This document shows positions 40,783-55,029 of a stretch of DNA of 64,000 nt, piece after piece. Numbering within the stretch: the first letter of the stretch is position 1; each line of letters begins with the position of its first letter. The notes below the pieces were generated by a model. It was not told the DNA's origin and did no database searches. It was given only the letters and a program-made list of their open reading frames with translations. A program made the position numbers and the translations under genes. The stretch spans positions 7,998,001 through 8,062,000 of the forward strand of contig OX597831.1 in the NCBI GenBank assembly GCA_951406725.2, written 5' to 3'. Source of the stretch: Octopus vulgaris. Lineage: Eukaryota.

Positions 40783-43362
40783 TAATACCAAGATAAGGAG
40801 ACACAAACATACACACATACTCTCACACATGCACACACGTACAGATACACACATACAGACACACACGTACATATCATCATCATCATCGTTTAACGTCCGC
40901 TTTCCATGCTAGCATGGGTTGGATGATTTTGACTGAGGGCTGGTGAACCAGATGGCTGAACCAGGCTCCAATCTTGATTTGGCAGAGTTTGTACTGCTGG
41001 ATGTCCTTCCTAATGCCAACCACTCTGAGAGTGTAGTGGGTGCTTTTTTACGTTCCACTGGCACATATATATATATATATTTGTATATATATATGTGTGT
41101 GTACATCTATATCTGTGTATGTACATGTGTGTGTATATATGCATCAATATATATATATATATTCTCTTCTTCTTTTACTTGTTTCAGTCATTTTGACTGT
41201 AGCCATGCTGGAGCACCGCCTTTTAGTCAAAGAAATCAACCCCTGGACTTCTTCTTTGTAAGCCTGGTTCTTATTCTATCGGTCTCTCTTGCTTAACCAC
41301 TAAGTTGCAATGACGTAAACACACCAAAATCAGTTGTCAAGCAATGGTGGAGGGACAAACATACAAATATATAGATATATATTTATGTGAGTGTGTGTGT
41401 GTGTGTGTGTGCATGTATGCATATAGATACAGCAGACTTCTCTCAGTTTCCATCTACCAAATCCACTCATAAGGCTTTGGTGCCACACAGTGGGACTGAA
41501 CCCAGATCAATGTGGTTGGGAAGCAAGCTTCTTATCACACAGCCAAGCCTGCACCTATCCACACAACCACGCCTGTGTCTATATATTCTATATATATATA
41601 TATATATATTATATATAGCCAAGTTGCCTTCATATTTCATGTTGTTTGCGTTTTGTGACATCTTGTACACATATATGCATATATATCCGGAGTCATTCTT
41701 GTTGCTTATTTTTGATTATATATATATACATATATATATATACACACACATATATATGTAAGTGTGTACATATATGTATGCATATATGTATATATATATG
41801 TGTGTGTGTGTGTATACATATATATTTATTCTGTAAAGGATTAGGGAATTTGAAATCCAGGCAGGTATCTTATGAGCACTCTGATACATTCCAAATCTTG
41901 CTAACCACATTAAATGATAGGGAACATACAAAATTGTATATAACCTAAACAATCAAACTGTACTTCACTCAGCAGATGAATCCTGACTTTGCTTCACTGA
42001 ATCTCATGCAGCATACAGAGTGTGTAATCAAAATCTCAAAAAAGAAGAATGGACAATTTATTTACTAAAGTACTATTTTCATTAAATTCCAATCTGACAC
42101 ATGTTTCTGCTGGATAAGTGTCTTAATGTCCTTTGATGCAGCAGTTATGTGCTTTTAATTCATTTGAATTTAAATCAGTTGCAGTACATCTTCATCCAAA
42201 ATTTGACATTTCTATTTGGCATTTCTTTGTTTATATGAATTAAATGAAATGAGCAAGGAATCCAATAGCACACCTAATTTAATTTATTGTGAAACCAATA
42301 ATATCCATAGAGTGATACCTACTACTCTAGGTAAAGGCATAATACATCTGCCAATAGCAAGCATAGAGTTAATATTAATAAGTATTATTGTAAGTGTAAG
42401 AACAAATTAGTATGTCCACTTGGAGGGCGATACTCCAGAAAAAAATCTAGTTTATAGATGTATATAGTAACAGCTGATGATATTTCTAATTATTATGTAG
42501 ATCCATGTTCTACTGATTTTAAATGAAGATTATGTAATCACCTTTCTCCTTTCAAAAATAGAGAAAAAATGGGTTCATTTAGACTTGAAAGGATAGGGAC
42601 ACCAAATACGATATCAAATGGTCAATAATTAGTATTGCTTCACCATATATTAATGGCAATCAGAAATGTGATCTCTGCTTGGAAGAAATATTCCTTATCC
42701 TTAACTCTAATTATGGGTTATTAAACAGTGAAAACAAATTAGCATTAAAATGTAAAAATTCATTTAGAAAAGTTTTTAAGTACTTTCCATATAAGTAATT
42801 TAATTTGGACTCACTCAGGTTGAAGACATATAAGTTAACCCAATTAAATAATAACAAATTTAGTTTAGAGTTTGACAAATTTGCTCTAATCTACAACTCC
42901 AATTGCTAGGATAACCTCCCACTTGTTTATTGATGTATTTTTTTTTAACTAAGGCAAAATATTGTTGGAGTTTCACTTTGCTGTATTCATTTCAGTGAAT
43001 ACTAGATTTCTAATATTCGGAAAAACGTATAACAATTCTATTGCTATGGAATAGTCTGGCTCCCTAACTGAAACAATATTTATCTCATCTTTTATTTCGT
43101 CTGTCTTTACGTTCTGAGTTCAAATTCCACCGAGGTCAACTTTGCCTTTCATCCTTTCTGGGTCAATAAATTAAGTGCCAGTTGCATACTGGAGTCAATC
43201 TAATCGACTGACCCCCCTCCCAAAAAATTTCGGGCCTTGTGCCTAGAGTAGAAAAGAATATTTATTTCACCTTTCTTTCAATTCCTTTCAAATCAGTCCA
43301 TTTATCTTATATTGTGTGATATTCTCTTTAACACAAGCGATTAGTGGTGTCACTGCATCCTG

Positions 43363-43772
43363 TGGCTGTGTGGTAAGTAGCTTGCTTACCAACAACATGG
43401 TTCCAGGTTCAGTCCCACTGCGTGACACCTTGGGCAAGTGTCTTCTACTATAGCCTCGGGCCGACCAAAGCCTTGTGAGTGGATTTGGTAGACGGAAACT
43501 GAAAGAAGCCCGTTGTATATATGTATATATATATATATGTGTGTGCATGTATGTTTGTGTGTTTGTGTTTGTCCCCCCAACATCGCTTGACAACCGAAGC
43601 TGGTGTGTCTATGTCCCCGTCACTTAGCGGTTCGGCAAAAGAGACCGATAGAATAAGTACTGGGCTAACAAAGAATAAGTCCCGGGGTCGAGTTGCTCGA
43701 TTAAAGGCCGTGCTCCAGCATGGCCGCAGTCAAATGACTGAAACAAGTAAAAGAGAGTAAAAGAGAGTAAGT
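43363..43772 (+). mobile_element. full-length copy of the most abundant tRNA-derived SINE, with an internal microsatellite; many partial copies throughout the window
   Basis: GGCTGTGTGGTAAG..GGTTCAGTCCC..CCTTGGGCAAG head; GCTCCAGCATGGCCGCAGTC..TGACTGAAACAAGTAAAAG tail. Confidence 0.88.
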
Positions 43773-44054
43773 AAAATAAAATAATCCATTCCCTTAATAT
43801 CTAAAGCGGCTGTTCTAACTTTAAGTAATACTGCAACTATAATCTCTAATCATATCATATTTCCCCAAAATCTGTCCTCCAGCCTGATGTTTTATGTTTC
43901 TTCACCAAGAATATACTTTAAGAATCCATGTTTGATACTTGTATCTTCAGTTCACTTCAGTCGCTCCCTGATGGGTAACTCCTTGAACAAAGCTGCATGG
44001 CAATGTCAAACTATGGATGAATAAGCATTGAAATTAATTGAATATAAATTAACT

Positions 44055-44250
44055 AGTAAAGATTGTTTGCCAACATAACATGGCAGTCCTGGTTTAGGAC
44101 GAATGTTGCTGTAATTTAGCCCCAGGAGACATCGTCTCCAGCTGGTTATACAACATGACCTGTGTCCTTATGTTTTCAAACAAGACTAAATTACAGCAAC
44201 ATTCATCCTAAAACAGGACTGCTACATTATGTTGGCAAACAATCTTTACT
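44055..44250. mobile_element. hairpin MITE with 65-bp TIRs
   Basis: 44055-44119 and 44186-44250 are reverse complements with few mismatches. Confidence 0.85.
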
Positions 44251-44449
44251 CCAAAGTACTGTTGCTGAATATCTCTCGCTGTGAGATTTGAAAATAGTAA
44301 TTTTCTAATAAATCAACTAAATGCACATAACTGCTACATCAAAGGAGGCTGGGATGCTTATCCAGCAGAAACACATGTCAGATTGGAATAATACTTTAAT
44401 AAATAAATTTTGCACATGTACGCTTCCCTATTCTTGTTTATGGTGTTTT

Positions 44450-44494
<45 letters not shown>

Positions 44495-44496
<2 letters not shown>

Positions 44497-44732
44497 CCAT
44501 TTTGATTCGCTAGCCTCTGCACGCATTTTTTTTTCTCTCCTTCTTTCTGTGTTTCTTCTCTGTGTATCTTTCTGTTGAAGAGCGTAGGCTCGAAACGTTA
44601 AAGACTTGTTTTATTTATATTTCCTGAGCGCCATACTAATACAATTGTTTGTTTGTATTCCACCTGCCTTCGTCTTTTGTTTATTTCCGTAAACCTGCCT
44701 TCGTCTTTTGTCTATTTTCATAAAGCTTCCCG

Positions 44733-44733
<1 letters not shown>
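44495..44733 (+). mobile_element. short (TA)n-embedded element carrying a hammerhead-like motif, copy A
   Basis: Homologous to 59430-59613 and 62867-63095; motif TCTTT-CTGTTGA-A-GAGC-GTAG-GCTC-GAAA-CG-TT-AAAGA at 44567-44604. Confidence 0.8.
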
Positions 44734-44774
<41 letters not shown>

Positions 44775-44784
44775 TACACACACA

Positions 44785-44998
44785 CAGGGTGGCCCAAAAG
44801 TAGGTTTATAGTTATCAAGTAGGCACCTTGAATTTCTTTTAAAACATTTTATTACATTTAAATTTCTATCTTGTAATTAGCTAAATTAGCATAGAATAAT
44901 GGTTTCATGTTTTTTATATAATTAAGATCTAAACTGTTAATATATGAATGCGAAAGACATAGATGAATAATTGTAAAGGTACTTTTGGGGCCACCCTG
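44785..44998. mobile_element. Tc1/mariner-type MITE
   Basis: CAGGGTGGCCCAAAAGTA / TACTTTTGGGGCCACCCTG TIRs; TA at the right end. Confidence 0.85.
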
Positions 44999-44999
44999 T

Positions 45000-45557
45000 A
45001 TATATATATATATATGTATATATATTTGTATGTATGTATATATGTATGTATGTATGTATGTATGTGTATGTATGTATGTATGTATGTATGTATGTGTGTG
45101 TATGTTTGTATATATGTGTATGTATGTGTATGTATGTATGTATGTATGTATGTGTGTGTGTGTGTATGTGTGTGTGTATGTATGTGTATGTATGTATGTA
45201 TGTGTGTGTGTATGTATGTTTGTATGTATGTATGAATGTATATGTATGTATGTGTATGTATGTATGTATGTATGTATGTGTGTATGTGTGTGTGTATGTA
45301 TGTATGTATATGTATGTGTGTGTATGTATGTATGTATGTATGTATGTATGTGTGTGTATGTATGTATGTATGTATGTGTGTGTGTATGTATGTATGTATG
45401 TATGTATGTATGTATGTTTGTATGTATGTATGTATGTATCTCTCTCTCTCTCTCTCTCTCTCTCTAGAAACACACACACACGTATCCATTGGGAAGCAAG
45501 CATCTCAACCACAGTCAATCAGGCTCAATCAGGGCCTAATAACAAGTACTGCCGCTG

Positions 45558-45613
<56 letters not shown>

Positions 45614-45629
45614 ACTACTGCTGCTGCTG

Positions 45630-45664
<35 letters not shown>

Positions 45665-45716
45665 GCTGCTGCTACTACTACTGCTGCTGTTGCTACTACT
45701 ACTACTGCTGCTGCTG

Positions 45717-45753
<37 letters not shown>

Positions 45754-45782
45754 CACTCCTACTGCTGCTGCTGCTACTACTA

Positions 45783-45813
<31 letters not shown>

Positions 45814-45851
45814 AGCAGCGCAGCGCTGCTGCTGCTGCTACTCTGCTGCTG

Positions 45852-45888
<37 letters not shown>

Positions 45889-46700
45889 CTACTGCTGCTG
45901 CTGCTGCCTCTCTTCTCACTGCTGCTGCTGCTGCATGATGACTGCTACTACTACTACTACTACTGCTGCTGCTGCTGATGATGATGATTCTGTTGCTGCT
46001 GTTGTGGTTGCTGCTGCTGCCGTTGTTCTCTGTTGGTGCTGCAGCTGCTTCTGCAACTGCTGCTGCTGCTGCTGGTTCTGCTGTTGTTTATGCTTCTGTT
46101 ATTGTGTTAGTGTTGCTACTAATACAATATGCTGCTGCTGCTGCTGCTGCTGCCGCTGCTACAACAAACACACTCACTACCTGCCACTCACCCCCCCTCC
46201 GTCTCCATTACCACATAAACTACTAACCCCTGACCACCACCACCACCACCACCACCACCACCACCAGTACCATCAAAACTGCTACAACTGCCACCACCCC
46301 CACCACCTTCACCACCACCACCACCACCACCAGCCTCCTTATTTAATCTCCCCCCCACCCCCACCCCCACTCCACCACCCCCACTTACATTCTCTTTTTG
46401 TTCCACTAAAAATGTACACTTTTCTACTGCTGGAAATATTTGTGCGTGTGTGTATGTGCATCAGTGTGTGTGTGTGTGTGTGCCTGCACACATGTGCTGC
46501 ATGTGTGTGTGTGTGTGTATACATATGCATGTGGTTAAGCATGTATGTGTGTGGTGGAGGTGGTACATGCATGCATGTACATATCTGTGTGTGCGTTTGT
46601 GGGTATGCGTATGTGTACATGAGTGTGTGTGTGTACGTGTGTGCGCATGCGTGTGTGCATGCGTGTGTGTGTGCACGCGTGTAGATACATATATCAATGT
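45000..46700. repeat. compound microsatellite block: (TATG)n, (CT)n, mixed (CTA/CTG)n, (CAC)n, (TG)n
   Basis: Direct observation; the source of the longest spurious ORFs. Confidence 0.95.
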
Positions 46701-46938
46701 TCTGATGCAGGAATATTTTAAAGAGGTGTCGGTGGGGGCGAGCGAAGGAACGCTTCGTTGCAAGGTTTGCGATGCATGTGCACGTGCAGTGCCTATTTCT
46801 GAATTCAAACAGGAGAAGTTGTTGACCTTTCTGACATTTAAAGGAGGATTTTGGTTTTAAATTCTCCTTAGCAGGTTGTACTCATTGCTGCTTAAAAATC
46901 TCTGCTAGGCCTTTTCAAAGGGAAAAGAATGGCAACAG

Positions 46939-46992
<54 letters not shown>

Positions 46993-47763
46993 TAGGGGGG
47001 GGGTGCAGTGTACTAAATCTTAAATTTAATCTTCATTTGTAATCGATGTCAAGACAGTTTCCCTCTTACATATGAAAAAGTCGGCCATAAACTGCTGCAT
47101 GTGTCATGTATGTTACAATCAGAATGGCAATGAGACTAAAGTATGATATGAATGAGACTAAAGAATGATGTGGATGAATCTAGCAAGGAATGGCTTGGAT
47201 TAACAAAGTAGGAAATGGTAAATCAGAGACGTGACTTGAAGAAGTAAGAACAATGTCAAAGGGTTTGTTAGAAAGGAACTGCTTTGAAATTAGAGATGTT
47301 AAACTGTGAAATGAAAATCTTTGAAAATATTCTTAAAAATGATTCCATAGTAGCACAGATATGGCTGCGTGGTTAAGAGGCTCACTTTGCAGCCATTTAG
47401 TTTTAAGTTCAATCCCATTGTGTGTTACCTTGGCCAAGTGTCTTCTACTCTAGACATCAAGCTGACCAAAGCTTTGTGAGTGGAATTTGGTAGAAGGAAA
47501 CTAAAAGAAGCCCAACATCATCATCATCATCATTTAACGTCTATTGTTTCATCCTGGCATAAGTTGAACCAGTTTCACAGAATTTGGTGAGCTGCAAGCT
47601 CCAAGCACTGATGTCTTCTCTGGCGTGTTTTCTATGAGTAGATGCCCTTACTAATGCCAACCATTTTATAGTGTGTGTTGGATTCTTTATGCCTCTGGCA
47701 CATGTGAGGTGGCCAAGTAAATTGGAAGCTAGGAAAAGAAAAGGCAAAAAGGAAAAGCTCTCT

Positions 47764-47795
<32 letters not shown>

Positions 47796-47947
47796 CAGCA
47801 AAAACAATTAAGATTCAAGAGAATTCAAATGAATTCAAATGAATATGGTACTTAACTTCGATGCACCAAGATTCTTTATGGTATTAACCATAAAATTATG
47901 TGGGGTGATTATAACCAAGAAAAAAGCAACAAGAATGGATCAGTAGA

Positions 47948-48032
47948 TTAGTACAATTGTTTCATACTAAAAACATTTAATTTCAAGCTGCAAATATTAC
48001 AGCAAATATAATGTCAAGTATTCATCAGCTAA
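47948..48032 (-). ncRNA. complete type I hammerhead ribozyme motif
   Basis: Minus strand TTAG-CTGATGA-ATACT-(long stem-loop)-AGTAT-GAAA-CAATTG-TA-CTAA; all core nucleotides canonical, palindromic stem III, GUA triplet. Confidence 0.85.
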
Positions 48033-48117
48033 ATCACATATAGGTTTTCCATATATTCTTAGAGAGTGTAAATATCCTTATGAAGTTATAGGAGTGAGTT
48101 CCATGCTTTTTTCTTGG

Positions 48118-48190
<73 letters not shown>

Positions 48191-48429
48191 TATAGATAGA
48201 TAGATAGATAGATAGATAGACAGATAGATAGATAGATAGATTTATAGATTTATATATATACACAATGTGGGCTTCTTTCAGTTTCCATCAACCTAATCCA
48301 CTCACAAGGCTTTGGTCATCCTGGGGCTATAGCAGAAGACATTTGCCCAGAGTGCTAGGCAGTGGGACTGAACCCAGAGCCATGTGGTTGAGAAGCAAAC
48401 TTCTTACATTTCTTACCATACACCCACAC

Positions 48430-48464
<35 letters not shown>

Positions 48465-48912
48465 ATATATTATTGTTGTAGATATTGTTGTTGTATATAA
48501 TATGCAACGAGTCGTCTGCTTATTCCGGTCAATCAACACAGACAATTAATACAATGGCTATGCAAAACAATAAATTTGAAAGAAACAAAATCACCCAGAC
48601 AATTAAATTTGCTTAATATCTGTCATTAGTACAGACTGACAAAGGTTAGTATTACTAAACATAAATTTTCTAAATAAGTAATTTTAAATAATCAGAGATA
48701 AATTCTGATTCATTTTGTTCCAGTCTCTCTGTCACGGAGACAACATATCAAATACATCTCTGTCTCTGCTGAAGATATTCTCTGGAACATTGCAAATTTC
48801 CTCTCACAATGATTCTATCAAGTGATTTTAATTTTATATCAAGAAATAATACAATTTTGTCTGATGCGGACCATCACCAGACTCTTGGATTCCTGTTTTC
48901 TCTAAATTTAAA

Positions 48913-48976
<64 letters not shown>

Positions 48977-49139
48977 TATTGTCATCATGTGATGATTGTA
49001 AATGAGCATCATCATCATACAAGCAATGTTGTTTGTTTCTTGTCTCCTTGAGTGAAATATCTCCTTACTTGGAAATAAAGTGAGGGTTGCTGACAGGAAG
49101 GGCATCTGACTGCCCTACCCCTGCAAGAAGAGGGACATA

Positions 49140-50720
49140 GCTCAACTAACTAGGAAGAAGATTAGCCTGGATGAGATGCAGTTCAGTTTTGTGCCAGGGA
49201 GAAGAGAAGCACTACTGATTCTGGCAAAGCAACTGCAGGAGAAGTACGTAGCCAAGGTTGAATCTCTGTACTTGGCTTTTGAAGACCTGGGAAAGCCTCA
49301 GACAGAGTCCTTCATTCCCTCATTTGGTGGTCAATGCAGAAGCTAGGGATAGATTGAGGATGATGTCAGTAAGGTGAAGGTCAACAATGAGTTGAGTATA
49401 ATAATGAATTTAGTGTACAAATAAGAGTTCACCAAGGATTAGTTCTCATGTCCCTCATGTTCATCATAGTCCCCTAGGCCATAACAGAGGAATTTAAAAC
49501 TGGCTGCCCTTCAGAGCTCCTCTATGCTGATGACTTTGTTCTTATAATCTGAACAAGTGAGAAAATTTCAGGTGTGGAAGCAAGGTCTGGAATTTAAGGG
49601 CCTTAGAGTTAATTTAGCTAAGACCAAAGTCCTAGTAAGTAGGAAAATTGACAAACCTCAAATCCCTTCAAGGAGATGGCTTTGTTTGATATGTAGGAAA
49701 CATGTTGGTAGAAACAGCATATGGTGTACCCAGTTCAAGCTATGGACACATAAGAGGTGCAGTGGTATCAGAGGAAGGTTAACAGAGAAGGTAACCTTTG
49801 TGTGTAGCAGATGGGCAGTTACAATAAGCACTAAGAAGGTACAGAGAAAAGACTTCCTCAAATGTCTGGGATAGGGTGTTCCTTTGAAGTAGTACATAAC
49901 CTCTGTTGCCTAGGTGACCAAGTTAGCAGTGGAGGAGGAAGTTCTGAAAGCATAGTTGCTAGAATAAGAACAGGTTGAACAAAGTTCAGAGAGCTACTGT
50001 TTTTCTTGGTAACAAAGGGCTTCTCCATAAGAGTGAAAAGCAGATTGTATGATGCCTGTGTGTGAATAGATATGCTACATGTGCTATGATTACTTAGGAC
50101 ATGTGAAGGCTAGAAAGAAATGAAGCCAGCTTGCTCTGCTTTAAGAGGGAAATTGGGTATAAGAGGCATCAGATATTGCAGGTAAGAGAAAAGACTGTAC
50201 TTGTATGGTCATGTGGTGCATATAGATGAGGACAGCTGTGTAAAGAAGTGCTAATCTCTGATTGTGGAGGAAATGTGTGGAAGGGGTAGACCCAGGAAGA
50301 TGTAAGAAGTAACAAGAAAGGATCTTCAGACATTGGGCCTCACAAAAGAAATGACAAGGAACTGAGATTTACAGTGGCTTGCTGTGCATGAGAAGACACA
50401 TCAAGCTAAGCAAAACTGTAGCTGTCCATACATACAGGCAGGTCCTCCATGTCCTCTCTCTCTCTCTGTCTTGGCTGAGATGTCCTTCTCTTCAGGGCTT
50501 GCAGGTGCCAGCGCCATGTAAAAAAGCATGTGCCAGTGCCATGTAAAAGCACCCAGTACAGTCTATGAAGTGGTTGGCATTAGAAAGGGCATCCAACTGC
50601 AGAAACCATGGCCAAAACAGACATGGAGCCTGGGCAGCTCTCCAGCTGACCAGCTCCATGTCAAATTGTCCAACCCATGCCAACAGGAGAAACGGATGTT
50701 AAATGATGATGATGATGATG
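49140..50720 (+). mobile_element. RTE-clade LINE, RT region plus 3' UTR, decayed
   Basis: MQFSFVPG, VHQGLVL, ELLYADDFVL, LRVNLAKTKVL, Cys/His module, YGHVVH; (GAT)n tail. Confidence 0.92.
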
Positions 50721-51135
50721 AGGTACAGGTGTGGATAAGTGATAAGAAGCCTGCTTCCCAACCACATGGTTCTGGATTCAGTCCCAATGCATGGCACCTT
50801 GGGCAAGTGTCTTCTACTAGAACTGCAGACCAAGCAAAGTTGGTTTGATAGACGGAAACCGAAGTATGTCTCTGTGTGTGTGTGTGTGTGTGTATGTGCA
50901 TTTGTCCTCCACCACCGTTTGGTAACCAGTGTTGGCTCATTTAAGACCCCATAACTTGGTGGTTCAGCAAAAGATACCAAAGAATAAATGGCAGGCTTTA
51001 GAAACAAATAAAGTTCTGGGGTTGGTTCATTTGACTAAAACAAAACACTTGAAGGTGGCGCCCCAGCATGGCCACATTCAAATGACTGTAACAAGTAAAA
51101 GATATAAGATACATACACATACATACATGTGTGTG

Positions 51136-51169
<34 letters not shown>

Positions 51170-51175
51170 CGTGTG

Positions 51176-51206
<31 letters not shown>

Positions 51207-51351
51207 ATATATATAAATATATATGTGTGTGTGTGTGTATATAATATATCTATTATATACATATTACTTGATTTGCTCAAGTAAAGGTGGTGCTCCAGCA
51301 TGGCTGCAGTCATATGACTGAAACAAGTAAAAGAATAAAAGAATATCTATG

Positions 51352-51417
<66 letters not shown>

Positions 51418-51699
51418 GATGAGAAGGAAGAGAAGAATGGTGGGGGAATTTTGATGGTAGTGGTGAGAGTAGTGATAATGGTTGTGGTGGTAATGACAGT
51501 GATGATGATGATGATTATTGATTGACAAAACTGATAAAGAAAGAGTTGGAATAAAATATCATTAAGATCAGAAAGAAATTCTTAAAAGGAATTATTTTAT
51601 TGGAAAAGACAGAAAATTTTTTTTTTAAATCTGAACTATCTCCAACTGGAATATTTCTCTGTCTCAAAAACGTCAGTATAGTTGTTTCAAATTTCTTTA

Positions 51700-52297
51700 A
51701 ATCCAACCTTCTTCCTATCTTTAAAAACCTTTCCTGCTTCTATTTATCTTTCATCAAGACTCTCACGCATAAACCAATCTGTATTTCTTGTTTTTATACC
51801 TTATCGTACATTGACTTGGTTAAACGCTTGCTCTTGTGACATGCTAACCTTTCCTGCTTGCATTTATCTTTCGTCAAGACATTTACAAGAATTAATGATT
51901 CTTCATGCTTCTTTTTATGCCATCTATCCTCATACATTGAGCTGGCAAAATGCTTGTTCTTGTAACACAGTAACCTTTCCTGCTTGTTTTAATCTTCTTT
52001 TTATCCAACAAAACGAATCCGTTCTCTCTTTTGTAAACATTGTAAAGCTGTAAAGTGATTGGCTAAAATGATTTCTCTTAGAAACGGTTTTTCTTTTCTC
52101 AGTGAATGGCTTGTGGCCATGCTGGGGCACTGCCTTAGAAAGGTTTACTTGAACCCCAGAACTTATTTCTTAAAGTCTGGTACATATTCTATTGGACTCT
52201 ATTGATGAACCACTAAGTTATGGGAATGTGAACAAACAAATACCATTTGTCAAGTGCTGGAGGACAAACATAAAGACACACACACATGTATATAGTA

Positions 52298-52363
<66 letters not shown>

Positions 52364-52374
52364 TATATATATAC

Positions 52375-52440
<66 letters not shown>

Positions 52441-52588
52441 ATACCTATAAATTTACGGTAAAATATTTCTTTACCTTTAATACAATAAATGACTTAATTG
52501 CATTGCAATTAAAAACATTTATGTATTAAGAATTTGGGTACTTTACCAACAGTATATTGGGTTACACCCATAACCCATATCTTACTTT

Positions 52589-52668
<80 letters not shown>

Positions 52669-55025
52669 CATACATGTATGTATATAAACACATGCACATA
52701 CACACGCGTGCATACACACACACACACACTCATATTAGTATAGGCTTCCACAGTTTCTGTCAGAAGGCATTGGTCAGTCTGAGGCTATTGTAGAAGACGT
52801 TTGTCCAGGGTGCCACACAGTGGGACTGACCCCCAAAACCACATAGTAGCAAAGCAAGCTTCTAAACCACACACACCCATCTCTGCACCATTATTTATCT
52901 TTTATTTGTCTTTCATCAAAGTCTCTACAACAAAATGGTGCAATTCTTTTCCTTTTAGTCTTTGTTAAGTTGTAGAATGAAATGGTAAAACGGTTTCTGC
53001 TTTAACTTGGTAACTTCTCTGGTTATATTTATCTTTTAAGAATACTTTTAGCAAAACAAATCTATATTATTTTTAAATATCATGTTCGTTTGTCTGTCTG
53101 TCCGTCTGTGTGCAAAATAACTCAAAAAGTTGTGAACGGTATTTGATGAAACTTTCAAGTAAAGTTGGTAATGACACAAGGAACAGATGATGAAATTTTG
53201 GTAGTTATCTGGGAATTTTTATGGATTCTTGAAGGATTTTTCATTTGTTATATTTTACTTTATATGAAGTATTACAATGTTAGGTTCATTGATTCTCTCC
53301 CTTGAAAACATGTCCATCATTTCCACGTAACCTATGGTGGTGTTGTTGTTTCCAAAGTTTATTTTCGTTTCTCTATTACTAATTTTACTTGTGTTTTTAT
53401 CTTAAAATGAGCTGCTTGGCGGATGTCTGCAGAGGATGACATGACAAGCCTTGACTATTGGGATCAACTCAAAAAGCTCAGGCTTTGCTCCCTCCACTGT
53501 CGCTGTGAGCTCTATATCATCTGTATGATATATCTGCTGTATATCTGTATGATATATCTGCTGTTATCATTGATGTATTATAACTGCTTTAGATGATTCC
53601 TGTTTTTAAAGGTTTATTTTTTAAAATTTTAAATCATATGGCTGCGTTATTTTTTTTTAACCCTGCCAAGGAGGTTATGTTTTTGCTGGTGTTTGTTTGG
53701 GAAATTGGACAATTTTCAATATGCGTATATATGGGTGGAAATGGGTTGCTTTGGCAGAGGTCTGCGCTCTCCAAGTGCTTTTCTAGTTCATCAAGATATT
53801 TTCAGTAAAGTGAGTCGTGTGTTCTTTTTCTTTTTATGAACTGTAAAGTCGTACTTTGACTTTGTTTAATAACTGCTTTTGTAACATAGTCACATTTCCT
53901 GCTTAATTAATTATATTTTATTGAAATATTTTCAATAAAATTATTTGATATTTTTGCTTTCAATCATTGCAAAATCATACAATGTCTTGGTAAAATCATT
54001 GCACTTCTCTTTCAAATGGTTCGATTCCATGCATGGTCGCAAGCTTGGTTATGTGGTTAAGGGGCTTACTTTGTGACTGCATAGTTTCAGGTTCAGTCCC
54101 AATTCATGCCACCTTGGGCAAGTGTTTCTTATTATAACCTTGGGCCAACCAATGCCTTGTGAGTGAATTTAGCAGACAAAACCTTTACGAATGTCCCATA
54201 TATGTGCATGTGTATGGGTGTGCATATGTATGTGTGTGTGTATGTATGGTGGGTGTGTATGTCTTTGTGTTTGTATTATCCCCACCCACACACTCAACAC
54301 CAGGTGTTGGTTTGTTTACATCCCTATCACTGAGCAGTTCAGCAAAGACACCAATAGAATCAATCTTAAAAAATAAGTTCTGAAGTCAATATGTTTGACT
54401 AAACCTATCAAGGTGGTGCTCCAGCATGGCCACAGTCCAATGGCTGGAACAAGCAAAAAGGTAAATGTCTGTATAATGGCTAGATAACGGATTGCTCTTG
54501 TGACATGCTAGCATTTTCTAGTTTTATTTTATCTTTCAAGAGGAAAGTGAAGAATCTATATTCTTCATTTTATGCATCATAATGTCATACATTGACTCGG
54601 TTAAACAATTCTTCCAACAACAGACACACATTTTCTGCTTATTTATCTTTTATCTAAATATTTACAACAGACCGATTCCATACTTTTTTAAAGCCTTGTA
54701 TAGTCAAAGAATAACTTGTTAATGGATTGCTATTATGACATGCGAACATTTCCTGGTTATATTTATGCTTTATCAAGAGATTTATGGCAGAACAATTCTA
54801 TATTCTTTGTCTTAGATACAGTAAAGACGAACATTGTTTTGGTTAAATGATTGTTTTAACATCTTCATGTTTCCTGATTATGTATCTTTTATCAGACTAT
54901 TTTACAACAAAACGATTCAATACTTTCCCTTTCATACATTGCAAAACCATACAAGAACTTAGCAAAACTCTATCTCTTGCATTATGGCAACCTTTCCTGT
55001 TTTTATTTATCTTTTTATCAATCAT
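51700..55025. repeat. old diverged ~120-bp tandem repeat interrupted by SINEs and MITEs
   Basis: Recurrent TTTCCTG(C/G)TT..ATTTATCTTT..ATCAA motif near 51730, 51850, 51975, 52900, 53015, 53895, 54515, 54630, 54748, 54870 and 54992. Confidence 0.7.
53658..53787 (+). mobile_element. Helentron/DINE-1-like non-autonomous element (related pieces at about 53085-53430 and 16020-16245)
   Basis: Subterminal IR CTGCCAA/TTGGCAG, then the GCGCTCTCCAAGTGC hairpin and TTCTAGTT end; GTCT repeats in the upstream piece. Confidence 0.55.
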
Positions 55026-55029
55026 ATCC

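Noticed and set aside
45034-46684. 314-aa and 482-aa ORFs, the longest in the track
   Set aside because: They are translations of (TATG)n, (CTA/CTG)n, (CAC)n and (TG)n repeats that are open in several frames. The same applies to all YI/HT/CV-rich ORFs.
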